64,000 nucleotides of DNA, from assembly GCA_041640595.1 (NCBI GenBank), contig JBEPZY010000003.1, positions 540,342 through 604,341 of the forward strand, written 5' to 3'. Shown one piece after another: positions 1-9,100 of the stretch. The notes beneath the pieces are model-generated. The model saw only the letters and a list, made by a program, of their open reading frames with translations. It was not told where the DNA came from and ran no database searches. Position numbers and translations under genes: made by a program. The stretch is from Gemmatales bacterium. GTDB taxonomy: Bacteria; Planctomycetota; Planctomycetia; Gemmatales; HRBIN36. Each line of letters starts with the position of its first letter. Position 1 is the first letter of the stretch.

Positions 1-5
1 TGATC

Positions 6-3000
6 GTGTCGTGCTGGCAAATGGTCACCGTTGCCCAGCAGAAAAGCGACAGTCCCGCGCGTCCTGCTATTCCCCGCGGTTTTCAGCAGGTGGAACTGAA
101 CGGTAGGCGGTTTACGCTGCCGGAAGGTTTCACCATCGAACTGGCCGCTGCTCCGCCCCTGGTCATGCGACCGATCACCATCGCCCTGGATGAAGCGGGA
201 CGCCTGTATGTCGGCGAATCGTCTGGTTCCAACGAGCGGGTAACGGAACAAGTCAAAACCAGGCCGCACCGAATCCTGCGGCTGGAAGACAGCGATGGTG
301 ATGGCCGATATGACCGCGTCAGCGTTTTTGTCGATCGGGTAATGTTTCCGGAAGGCACCCTCTGGCTAGATGGAGCGTTGTACGTAGCAGCGCCGCCGCA
401 AATCTGGCGATTCCGCGATCGAGACGGAGACGGTGTGGCCGAGGAACGGGAAGTCTGGTTCGATGGCAAGACGCTGACCGGTTGCGCGAACGATTTGCAC
501 GGGCCCTATCTGGGACCGGATGGCTGGCTGTACTGGTGCAAAGGAGCCTGGGCTGAGCAAAGCTATGCCCGTCCGGATGGGCGTGTATGGAAAAGTCGGG
601 CAGCGCATATCTTTCGCACCCCGCCGGATCGTCTCCGCTCCGCTTTTCCGCAAGTGCCGGGCCGATATGTCGAGGCGGTCCTGAGCGGGGGCATGGATAA
701 CCCCGTGGATGTGGCTTTTTTGTCCAACGGCGAGCGATTCCTGACCACGACGTTTTTGACGCATCCGCAAGCCGGCCTGCGCGACGGTTTGCTGCATGCC
801 GTTTACGGGGGCGTGTACGGAAAGGATCACGAACCGATCTACTCCCAGCCGTGGACGGCACCGACACTGATGCCGGTGCTGGTACACATGGGGGCATCGG
901 CTTCGTGCGGCCTGACCTGTTACGAATCGGAGGTGTTTGGGGCGGAATATCGCGGTAACCTCTTCGCCTGCCATTTCAACCTGCGGAAAGTTACCCGGCA
1001 CATTCTGGTCGCTCACGGTGCCGGTTACACCACGCGCGACGAGGATTTCCTGGTCTGCGATCATCTGGATTTTCACCCCACGGATGTGCTCGAAGATGCT
1101 GACGGAAGTTTGCTGGTGGTGGACACGGGAGGCTGGTACAAACTGTGCTGTCCGACTTCGCAATTGCCCAAGCCGGATGTGCCGGGCGCCATTTACCGCA
1201 TCCGCCGCAGGGCCGGTGCTGGTAGTCCGGCAGGCTCAGGTCAGCCGAGCTTCGATGATCCACGCGGGGAGCACATTCCCTGGTCGCAATACACAGTCCG
1301 GCAGCGTGCGGAACTGCTGGGCGATCCGCGACCGGCAGTGCGGCAGCGAGCCAGTCGCAGTCTGGTAGATGCTGGTCCGGATGCAGTTGCGGTGTTGCGC
1401 GACATCGTGCGACAAAGCACCTCTTCCCGACAGCGTCTTTATGCGGTCTGGACGCTCTGTCAAATTCCGGACAAAAGTGCGCGGGAAGCCATCCGGTTGG
1501 CCTTACGCGACCGTGACACCGACGTGCAGCGAGCGGCTTTGCACAGTGTGGCTTTGTGGCGCGATGCGGAGGCGTTGGCGGAGCTGAGTCGCCTGGTTAC
1601 CACCGCCGATGCAGCGGTGCGGCGCGTGGCTGCTGAGGCTCTGGGACGCATCGGTCGCGCGGAAGCTGTCCCGCATTTGCTCCAGGCTCTGGCGGATTCA
1701 GCCAACGACCGCATTTTGCAGCATTCGCTTACCTACGCGCTGATCGAGATCGGCGACGCTCGCGCCACCGCTGCCGGGCTGAAGTTCAGGCATCCCACTG
1801 TGATTCGGCAAACGCTGGTGGCGCTGGACCAAATGCCGCTCGGCCCACGAGGAAGCGAAAGCGCGATAGACCAGGAAATGTTGTTGAACAACGTGCTGGC
1901 TGCCCTGGATGCTGCCGATGTGTCGCTGCGCGAAACCGCCTGGTGGATTGCCAGTCGGCATCCGGAATGGGGCGAGCGTCTCACCCAGCATATTGCCCGC
2001 CAGTTGCAACATGCCACCACTTCCGCCCAGGAAGAAGAGTGGGTGCGGATTCTGACGCGGTTGGCCAGAAGCCAGGCGGTGCAGCGGTTGCTCGCCGAGT
2101 TGTTGTCCAACGCCGAGGTACCGATCGCCAAACGTCGCCTGCTGCTGCGTGTCATGGCCGAAAGTGGTCTCCGCGAAGCGCCATCGGTCTGGGTGCAGGC
2201 GTGGCTGGATTGGTTGCGAAATCCCCAGGGGCAATCCCTCTGGCCGGAGGTCTTGACCGCTCTGCGGCGGGTTCCTCCGGGAAAAGCCGACTTCCCGAAA
2301 GTTACGCCGGCGCTCCTGGCGGTGGGCGAGCGTCGCGATCTGCCCGCGGAAATTCGCTTGCGGGCCCTGGCAGCGATTCCTGGCCGCGTCAGCGTCAGTG
2401 ACGAGGCAATGACACTGGCTTTGCAACATCTTCCTGCTCACCAGCCAGTGATCCTGCGAGGTTTAGCCGTCGAGTTCCTGCTCCGCGCCCAGCTGAACAG
2501 TTCGCAATTACAGCAACTGGCCAGGATAATTCCGCAGTGCAGCCCGCTGGAAGCGGATCGGCTGCTGGAAGTATTCGCCGCTCATCGTGAGGATGCCGTC
2601 GGGGAGACATTACTGGCCAATCTGGAGCGGGCGGAAATTCGTGCCTCTCTGCGTCCTGCTTCCATTCGCCGTGCCGTCGGCCAGTGCGGCCCTGCGGTGC
2701 AACGCCGTGCGGAAAAACTCATCGCAGAACTCGATGCCGCCACCAGTCAGCAAAAGCAAAAGCTGGAGCAATTGCTGGCGGCACTCAAACCCGGCGACGT
2801 GCGCCGCGGACAACAGGTGTTCCAGAGTGCAAAGGCGGCATGCTCTGCCTGCCACACGATCGGCTATCTCGGCGGCCGAATTGGGCCCGATCTCACTCGC
2901 ATCGGTGCGCTGCGCAGCGAACGCGACCTGCTGGAGTCCATCGTTTTTCCCAGCGCCAGTTTTGTGCAGAGTTATGAGCCGGTTCTGGTGGCTACTCGCG

Positions 3001-3209
3001 ATGGACGTGTTTACAACGGTCTGATTCGCGAGGATCGGCCGGAGGACATCCTGCTGGTCACCGGCCCCGATCAGCAAATCCGCATCGCTCGCCACGACAT
3101 CGAGGCCATCCAGCCCAGTAAGGTTTCCATCATGCCCTCCGGCTTCGACCAGCAACTGACCCTGGAGGAACTTTCCGACCTGATCGCCTTTTTGAAATCG
3201 TGCAAGTAA
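6..3209 (+). CDS. PVC-type heme-binding CxxCH protein (dehydrogenase-like beta-propeller, HEAT repeats, C-terminal cytochrome c); may be 5'-truncated by the window edge
   Basis: LEDSDGDG/DRDGDG propeller motifs, HEAT-like 'VRRVAAEALGRIG', and C-terminal 'GDVRRGQQVF...CSACH...GPDLT...SIMP'. Confidence 0.85.
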   Translation: MSCWQMVTVAQQKSDSPARPAIPRGFQQVELNGRRFTLPEGFTIELAAAPPLVMRPITIALDEAGRLYVGESSGSNERVTEQVKTRPHRILRLEDSDGDGRYDRVSVFVDRVMFPEGTLWLDGALYVAAPPQIWRFRDRDGDGVAEEREVWFDGKTLTGCANDLHGPYLGPDGWLYWCKGAWAEQSYARPDGRVWKSRAAHIFRTPPDRLRSAFPQVPGRYVEAVLSGGMDNPVDVAFLSNGERFLTTTFLTHPQAGLRDGLLHAVYGGVYGKDHEPIYSQPWTAPTLMPVLVHMGASASCGLTCYESEVFGAEYRGNLFACHFNLRKVTRHILVAHGAGYTTRDEDFLVCDHLDFHPTDVLEDADGSLLVVDTGGWYKLCCPTSQLPKPDVPGAIYRIRRRAGAGSPAGSGQPSFDDPRGEHIPWSQYTVRQRAELLGDPRPAVRQRASRSLVDAGPDAVAVLRDIVRQSTSSRQRLYAVWTLCQIPDKSAREAIRLALRDRDTDVQRAALHSVALWRDAEALAELSRLVTTADAAVRRVAAEALGRIGRAEAVPHLLQALADSANDRILQHSLTYALIEIGDARATAAGLKFRHPTVIRQTLVALDQMPLGPRGSESAIDQEMLLNNVLAALDAADVSLRETAWWIASRHPEWGERLTQHIARQLQHATTSAQEEEWVRILTRLARSQAVQRLLAELLSNAEVPIAKRRLLLRVMAESGLREAPSVWVQAWLDWLRNPQGQSLWPEVLTALRRVPPGKADFPKVTPALLAVGERRDLPAEIRLRALAAIPGRVSVSDEAMTLALQHLPAHQPVILRGLAVEFLLRAQLNSSQLQQLARIIPQCSPLEADRLLEVFAAHREDAVGETLLANLERAEIRASLRPASIRRAVGQCGPAVQRRAEKLIAELDAATSQQKQKLEQLLAALKPGDVRRGQQVFQSAKAACSACHTIGYLGGRIGPDLTRIGALRSERDLLESIVFPSASFVQSYEPVLVATRDGRVYNGLIREDRPEDILLVTGPDQQIRIARHDIEAIQPSKVSIMPSGFDQQLTLEELSDLIAFLKSCK

Positions 3210-3248
3210 GTGCGACTGGATGGTCGCTCGCATATATGGAGAACCGCG

Positions 3249-4610
3249 ATGCGCAGAATCGCCGCTATTTTCCTGGCGCTGGCAACGCTTGTGGCTTGGG
3301 GTGCAACCCTGGTGGCGGACGAAGCTCGGCCGAACGTGATTATTTTTCTGGCCGACGATCTGGGCTACGGGGATCTCGGTTGTTACGGCCATACGGTAAT
3401 CAAGACGCCGCACCTGGATCGTTTCGCACGGGAGGGTATGCGTTTCACGCAATGTTACGCTGCCTGTCCGGTCTGTTCGCCATCGCGTGCCGCTATCCTG
3501 ACCGGACGCACGCCGTATCGCAACGGCGTATTTACCTGGATTCCCGCCAAGTCGTTCCTGCATCTGCGCAGTAGCGAGATCACCTTGCCCAAATTACTCC
3601 GCGAGGCTGGTTATTGCACCTGTCATGTCGGTAAATGGCACCTCAACGGCGATCTGCTTGATCCAAAACAGCCGCAACCTTCCGACCATGGTTACGACTG
3701 GTGGTTCGCCACGCAGAACAATGCTGACCCTTCGCACCAGAATCCGGTCAATTTCGTGCGCAACGGTCAGCCTGTCGGAAAGCTGGAGGGCTATTCGGCG
3801 CTGCTGGTGGTGCAGGAAGCCATCCAGTGGTTGCGGAAGCATCGCGATCCCCGCAAGCCCTTTTTCCTCACCGTCTGGACGCACGAACCGCACCTGCCCA
3901 TCGAATCTGCCCCGGAATTCCTGGCACTGTATCCCGATTTGCTCCGCAGCGATCCCGACCGCGCCCAGCACCACGCCAACGTTTCGCAACTCGATCACGC
4001 ATTCGGGAACCTGATGCTGACCCTGGACGAACTCGGTCTGCGGAACAACACCCTGGTCGTTTTCACCAGCGACAACGGCCCGGAAGGCGCTGGCACGAAA
4101 GGACGAACCCGCGGTTCCACAGGCGGTTTGCGCGGACGAAAACGTTCCCTTTACGAAGGCGGTATCCGTGTACCCGGCATCATCCGCTGGCCCAACCGTA
4201 TTGCTCCCGGCACGATCTGCGATACGCCCATCATCGGCTCTGATCTCTTCCCGACGGTACTGGCTGCCGCGGGGGTAGCAGCGCCAAAAGACCGCACACT
4301 CGACGGCGTGAATCTGCTTCCCTTGCTGGCCGGTAAACCGCTCACCCGCCCCATCCCCATGTACTGGCGCTATCATGCCGCTCCGGGACCGTTCAAAGTC
4401 GCCATGCGGGATGGCGACTGGAAAATCCTCGCCGATTTGAGCTTTACTCAGTTCGAACTGTATCACCTGGGCAACGACCCGAAAGAAACCCAGAACCTGG
4501 CCGATAAGCATCCGGACAAACTTGACGAATTACGCGACCGGTTGCGGAAACTGCACGACGAAATCGAGAAAGAAGGCCCGGACTGGTGGAAAAATTATAA
4601 GGGAAGCTGA
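3249..4610 (+). CDS. Sulfatase (arylsulfatase-like, FGly-dependent) with signal peptide
   Basis: RPNVIIFLADDLGYGD, CSPSRAAILTGR, GKWHL, SDNG, YEGGIRVP motifs. Confidence 0.93.
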   Translation: MRRIAAIFLALATLVAWGATLVADEARPNVIIFLADDLGYGDLGCYGHTVIKTPHLDRFAREGMRFTQCYAACPVCSPSRAAILTGRTPYRNGVFTWIPAKSFLHLRSSEITLPKLLREAGYCTCHVGKWHLNGDLLDPKQPQPSDHGYDWWFATQNNADPSHQNPVNFVRNGQPVGKLEGYSALLVVQEAIQWLRKHRDPRKPFFLTVWTHEPHLPIESAPEFLALYPDLLRSDPDRAQHHANVSQLDHAFGNLMLTLDELGLRNNTLVVFTSDNGPEGAGTKGRTRGSTGGLRGRKRSLYEGGIRVPGIIRWPNRIAPGTICDTPIIGSDLFPTVLAAAGVAAPKDRTLDGVNLLPLLAGKPLTRPIPMYWRYHAAPGPFKVAMRDGDWKILADLSFTQFELYHLGNDPKETQNLADKHPDKLDELRDRLRKLHDEIEKEGPDWWKNYKGS

Positions 4611-4759
4611 TTCGCTCCGGATTGACCCGTGGGGAATGGCCCTGCGCAAGTGCGCTTGCAGCCGGTTGTGCAACACGGCTATATTTCACTCTTGCCGACC
4701 ACCGTGGCGAAAGACCTTGCCCAGGTGCGCTTCCTCCCGAATCTGGTCAGGAGCACGTC

Positions 4760-5401
4760 ATGCTCCATTTCCTGGTGGACTGGGCTGGGCGCTGGGACTG
4801 GCGCAGCGAAGGAGTATCGCCTGACCGACTGGTGGAAGCTGTGCAACGCGGTCAGCGGATCGGTATTTATCAGGATGCTGGCCGCACCGATTGGTGGCCG
4901 GCCCAGCTACCGTTACCCGCGGGAATTGAGCGAATCCCCTGTTGGCCACCGGATTCGTCCTACGACCTGGTAGTGGTCATTAGCGATCGGCTGATCGAGA
5001 TCGGCGAGCATGTGGCCAGGACGGTGATTTATCGCCCGCGGACACTCACACTCGGCGTCAGTGGTTTGCCGGTAGAGGAACCGGAGGAGTTTCACCGCAC
5101 CGTGGTCGAGTTTTTCCAGCAACAGCGTCTGAGCCTGGCCAGTTTGACCGCACTGGCTACCCCACGAGGCGACTCTGGTACGCCGATCTTTTACGACTGG
5201 GCTGAAACCCAATGCCTGCCGCTGCTGGAATACGCTCCGGAGCGGCTGGCGTTACTCCGCCCCTGTCAGGGAAGCAGGGAGAACCGATGGTGGGAAACGG
5301 AAGCGGCAGCCATGCTCGCCGCCAGCACCCGTCATCTCCTGGTGCCAGCTACGGTATGCCAGGGCTGGACTTTAGCCATTGCCCGGCGTCAGACCGGCTG
5401 A
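4760..5401 (+). CDS. CbiG-like cobalamin biosynthesis protein (mid and C-terminal domains only)
   Basis: 'IYRPRTLTLGV', 'EAAAMLAAS..LLVP...TLAIAR' resemble CbiG mid/C domains; GGAG upstream of ATG 4760. Confidence 0.6.
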   Translation: MLHFLVDWAGRWDWRSEGVSPDRLVEAVQRGQRIGIYQDAGRTDWWPAQLPLPAGIERIPCWPPDSSYDLVVVISDRLIEIGEHVARTVIYRPRTLTLGVSGLPVEEPEEFHRTVVEFFQQQRLSLASLTALATPRGDSGTPIFYDWAETQCLPLLEYAPERLALLRPCQGSRENRWWETEAAAMLAASTRHLLVPATVCQGWTLAIARRQTG

Positions 5402-5543
5402 AACGCCGGCACTGTCGCACTCTCAGGAGAGGTCTTGCTTGCTCAAACGCCGCAGGAGGTAGGTACCGGTCGCCGGACTGAAGACCGCTGCACGCTCGGG
5501 ACAGATTTTGCTGGCTGAAACGGGCGATCAACGACACGGCTCA

Positions 5544-5571
5544 TTGACTTGCCAGCGACCCGTGATAGCAT
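5544..5571 (+). promoter_or_regulatory. Putative sigma70 promoter for the STAS/RsbW pair
   Basis: TTGACT-N16-TAGCAT about 100 bp upstream of ATG 5671. Confidence 0.35.
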
Positions 5572-5670
5572 GAGAATAGGAAGACGGTGTATAAGGTGGA
5601 ATTCGACCGGGACTCGCTATCGGGTTCCACTTCCCAGGCCGGAGTGCTAAGTCATACCAGGGGAGACGCT

Positions 5671-6042
5671 ATGCCCTCCGCACAAACGCCACGGCGCCGA
5701 CGGCTGGAAGTCGAAGATATCGGCGACGTTACCTTCATCCGCTTCACCGACAGCAAGATTCTGGATGAGGCTAATGTGCAGCTGATCGGCGACCAGTTGT
5801 TCAGTCTGGTGGACGATCACGGCAGGAAAAAATTATTATTGGACTTCAGCAAGGTCGAATACATGACCAGTGCATTTCTCGGCAAACTGGTCACGCTGAA
5901 CAAAAAGGTGCAGCAGGTCGGCGGCCGATTGGCTCTCTGCAATCTGGCCCACAAGGAAATTTTCGATATTTTTGTCATCACCGGTCTCAAGCGACTTTTC
6001 AACATCTATAAAGACGAGCAGGAAGCCCTGCAATCCTTTTGA
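5671..6042 (+). CDS. STAS-domain anti-sigma factor antagonist (RsbV/SpoIIAA-like)
   Basis: 'LLLDFSKVEYMTSAFLGKLV' STAS phosphorylation-site motif; GGGAG RBS. Confidence 0.9.
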   Translation: MPSAQTPRRRRLEVEDIGDVTFIRFTDSKILDEANVQLIGDQLFSLVDDHGRKKLLLDFSKVEYMTSAFLGKLVTLNKKVQQVGGRLALCNLAHKEIFDIFVITGLKRLFNIYKDEQEALQSF

Positions 6043-6165
6043 CGCCGACGCAATTTACGTGCTAAAGTTGAGGGACTCTTACGGGGAGGCAGGGAAAGCA
6101 GTGGGCCTGTAAGTCAAGGAGCTCTTCGACTCGCACATTTCGGGCAGAGGCAGTGAGAGCGGAGC

Positions 6166-6651
6166 ATGAGCCAATTCAGCCAGCAGGCGGGGTTCTTTCC
6201 GATACAAAACGAGTGGCAGCTTCCCAGTCGCCTCGACCGTATTCCAGACCTGCAGGAAGAAATCGTTTCGCTATTGCAGCGTGCCGGTTTCGGCGAGCAG
6301 GACATTTTCGCTGTGCGTCTGGCTCTGGAAGAAGCCGTGGCCAACGCTATGAAACACGGTAACCGCCTCTGCGACGACAAGACTGTGCGGGTCTGGCTCT
6401 GTTTGCAACCGGAGGCGGTAACCTTGCGGGTCAGCGACGAAGGCGAGGGTTTCGACCCGGACAGTGTTCCCGACCCGCGGGCTGAGGAAAACCTCGAACG
6501 CCCCTGCGGTCGCGGTTTGTTGCTCATGCGTTATTTCATGCACCAGGTCGAATTTCTCGACCGGGGTTCCACCGTGGTCATGGTCCGTCGCCGCGAATCC
6601 GACCCTCCAGGCGAATCCTGTTGTGCTGCCCAGGCCGAACACTCGGCTTAA
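6166..6651 (+). CDS. RsbW-like anti-sigma factor / Ser kinase (HATPase_c_2)
   Basis: 'LALEEAVANAMKHGN', 'VSDEGEGFD', 'GRGLLLMR'. Confidence 0.9.
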   Translation: MSQFSQQAGFFPIQNEWQLPSRLDRIPDLQEEIVSLLQRAGFGEQDIFAVRLALEEAVANAMKHGNRLCDDKTVRVWLCLQPEAVTLRVSDEGEGFDPDSVPDPRAEENLERPCGRGLLLMRYFMHQVEFLDRGSTVVMVRRRESDPPGESCCAAQAEHSA

Positions 6652-6721
6652 CCAGCACGGCACCATTCTCCGGGCACATGCTGGTGTTGATGCACGATTT
6701 TGGGTCGAGCCAGCAGTTGCA

Positions 6722-8062
6722 TCATTTCAGGTGTTTGTCGGCGAAACGGAGAAAAATCTCCCAATCTTCGCGGGTCATGGAGTGTTTGCCGGAACGAATC
6801 CAGTAACCCAGCCGGTTACCTGTCAGCCGACCCGGAGGCGGCATCTGCTGTGTTGCGGTTGGCGATTGTCCATCGCCACCTGGCTGGCCTAAACCCTCCA
6901 CGCCGAACAACCGGTAAACCGGCTCTGCTGCCACCAGCATGGCGAATTGTCCGGCGGGATTGGCCCAGGTATCCTCGACGGCGTTGGTCAACAGCACCGG
7001 CCGTGGTGCGCACAGCGCGATCAGGCAATGCTGGTCGAAGGGGAGCTTTTCCGGCTGGTCGTTGAACTGTTTGAAAGTGGCGTTGAACCAGTGCGGGAAC
7101 CGCTCATTGATTGCCCGCACCGATTCCCCGACTTTGCCGCGACTCGGTGCTGTTCCCCCGCAACCGGCCTGATGGGGAATCACCAGGGCGATACGGTCAT
7201 CGAAAGCCCCGGCCAGCAGGGCGGTTTTACCGAGTCGGGAATGCCCCACCACTGCCAGACGCTTGCGATCCAGTTCGGGCACACTCTGCAAATAATCCAC
7301 CACCCGATGAATGCCCCAGGCCCAGGCAGCAATGGTTCCGGGATCGTGCGGCCCAGGTGCTCGGCCCTGCCGCCAGTGTGCCAGCACTCCCTCGGTGGCC
7401 TTGGGGTCGTCGGGCTGAACCTCGCCGCAATAAAACGTGGCCACGGCATAACCGCGCGACACGGCCAGGTCGAGATTCCACACCGCGCTATCACTCCCCC
7501 GTCCCGCCTCTGTGGCCCGATGGTTTACCACACCCTTGCGATTGGGATACATCCAGACCGTCGGCACCCGCACTCGCCGATCGTCCACCACGGCATGGTT
7601 GCCGCAGAAATTCATGCCGACGAATGCCGGCACCGGCCCTTCCCGCTTGTTCGGTATGGCCAACAGTACGTGCACCGTGCACAGCGGCGGATTACCAATG
7701 GTCAATGCCACCTCGCGCAAAGTCGCCTGCCCTCCCAACCAGTTCGGTTCGCAGAACAGTTCCTTCCCCTGCACCGGTACCGCCGGCGGCAAATAGCCGT
7801 ACATATAGTGCTGGAACAGCTCTTTCAATTCCGGGACGCGCTTCTGCAACCAGTCCTGGCGATGGGTGATTTTCGTCCCGTCCAGCATCACTAACGGGTC
7901 GGGCAACTCCGGCCGGGCGGGCAATTGCTCCACACTCGGAAACTGCCGGGGCGTCTCCGCTGTCGCCCAGCCTTCCCACCAGACATATTCGGGGCAACTT
8001 CCGCTGATCGTCCCCAGAAGCAGCACAACCAGCCCGCCTGCCAGGTTCAGTTTTCGGCCCAT
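6722..8062 (-). CDS. Secreted CE15-family glucuronoyl esterase-like alpha/beta hydrolase
   Basis: 'AWAWG..RVVDYL', 'GHSRLGKTALLAGAFDDRI', 'LPFDQH.LIAL.APRP'; hydrophobic N-terminus. Confidence 0.85.
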   Translation of the reverse strand: MGRKLNLAGGLVVLLLGTISGSCPEYVWWEGWATAETPRQFPSVEQLPARPELPDPLVMLDGTKITHRQDWLQKRVPELKELFQHYMYGYLPPAVPVQGKELFCEPNWLGGQATLREVALTIGNPPLCTVHVLLAIPNKREGPVPAFVGMNFCGNHAVVDDRRVRVPTVWMYPNRKGVVNHRATEAGRGSDSAVWNLDLAVSRGYAVATFYCGEVQPDDPKATEGVLAHWRQGRAPGPHDPGTIAAWAWGIHRVVDYLQSVPELDRKRLAVVGHSRLGKTALLAGAFDDRIALVIPHQAGCGGTAPSRGKVGESVRAINERFPHWFNATFKQFNDQPEKLPFDQHCLIALCAPRPVLLTNAVEDTWANPAGQFAMLVAAEPVYRLFGVEGLGQPGGDGQSPTATQQMPPPGRLTGNRLGYWIRSGKHSMTREDWEIFLRFADKHLK

Positions 8063-8180
8063 AGCTCACGCCTCCGAGCACTTGCTCCGATGATCACGAG
8101 TCGGTTATCTCGGTGCCCGCACCAGGGCTGCTTGGCCAGCCGCATCGCATTTCCACATGGGCCGCGTTACGAACGGATCG

Positions 8181-8271
8181 GCCCGCTTCGACACCTGGTG
8201 ACCTGCCTGCATCAGGTAGCCAGCTCCAGCACTTCTCTCATGAAGTGCCCGTTTCGGCACCTGGTGACCTG
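8181..8271. repeat. Repeat-spacer-repeat unit, period 66
   Basis: GCCCGCTTCGACACCTGGTGACCTG (8181-8205) vs GCCCGTTTCGGCACCTGGTGACCTG (8247-8271); 41-bp unique middle. Confidence 0.8.
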
Positions 8272-8410
8272 GTCGCTTTTTCACGATCACGGATCGAGTC
8301 ACGTAGTTCCCCAGCCCTACCTCAAGCGTGCCACACCTGTGTTGCTGCCTCGTCGCCATCCAGCGTATTGCTGTGTTGTCGCCGTCCAGGACCGGCGGTC
8401 GAGGTTGCTC

Positions 8411-8513
8411 CGTTCCCCAGCCATACCTTGGTCGTCCGCGACAAGCAGTCCAGCGCCGAGAGCAAGCAGGAGTCCAGCTAGATCGTTGGCCAGCCATACC
8501 TCGATCGGCCGCG
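8411..8513. repeat. Degenerate repeat-spacer-repeat unit, period 73
   Basis: CGTTCCCCAGCCATACCTTGGTCGTCCGCG (8411-8440) vs CGTTGGCCAGCCATACCTCGATCGGCCGCG (8484-8513); partial third copy near 8306. Confidence 0.65.
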
Positions 8514-8547
8514 TTTGTGCCCTCTGCCAGAATCGAAGCCGCGACCA

Positions 8548-8663
8548 TCTCCCATTCGTTTAGCGAAACGCATCTCCAACGCACAGGTGGCGGAACCGTG
8601 CGCGGCTATTATCCCGGACGAACTCTCCCATTCTTTCAGGGAAACGCATCTCCAACGCACAGG
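8548..8663. repeat. Repeat-spacer-repeat unit, 40+36, period 76
   Basis: TCTCCCATTC(GTTTAGC/TTTCAGG)GAAACGCATCTCCAACGCACAGG at 8548-8587 and 8624-8663, 3 mismatches. Confidence 0.9.
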
Positions 8664-8873
8664 GCTTCGCCAGCCGTGATCCGACATCATTGCGGAGAAA
8701 TCCTTGCGGACATCGCGGATCACTCAGGCGATGGGAACGCGCCTTCCCGACCGTTCGCCCCACGATACCCGCAGGCACGTTACGGCCCGACGATTCCGGG
8801 TGCACATCCTCGGCCAGCGACTGCCGGACGCACATCGTCGGTCGGTAATGCACGCATGCAGGTCGGCACGCGG

Positions 8874-8922
8874 AAATTTTTTTATTTTTTTTCTTGACGG
8901 CGGCTGGCGGGTCTGGTAAGAT
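8874..8922 (+). promoter_or_regulatory. Sigma70-type promoter with AT-rich UP element for the ELWxxDGT gene
   Basis: A/T tract 8874-8893, TTGACG (8894-8899)-N17-TAAGAT (8917-8922). Confidence 0.65.
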
Positions 8923-9100
8923 TGAAGCTGGCAGCGTACCACGGCTGTCATTCAACTGGCCGGGCGGGTGAGAATCGCTGGCCCGTGCAGCCATTCGCGC
9001 TCTCCTTTCCGGTTGTCCTGGCATCTGCAGCACGTTGCCACATGGCCAGTACTTTGCGGTGGTTTGTCCGTGTCAGCACACCAACAGAAAGGAGCACCCC

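Noticed and set aside
8105..9033. ORFs in the 8.1-9.0 kb intergenic region
   Set aside because: Arg/Pro-rich translations in several frames, explained by GC-rich repeats.
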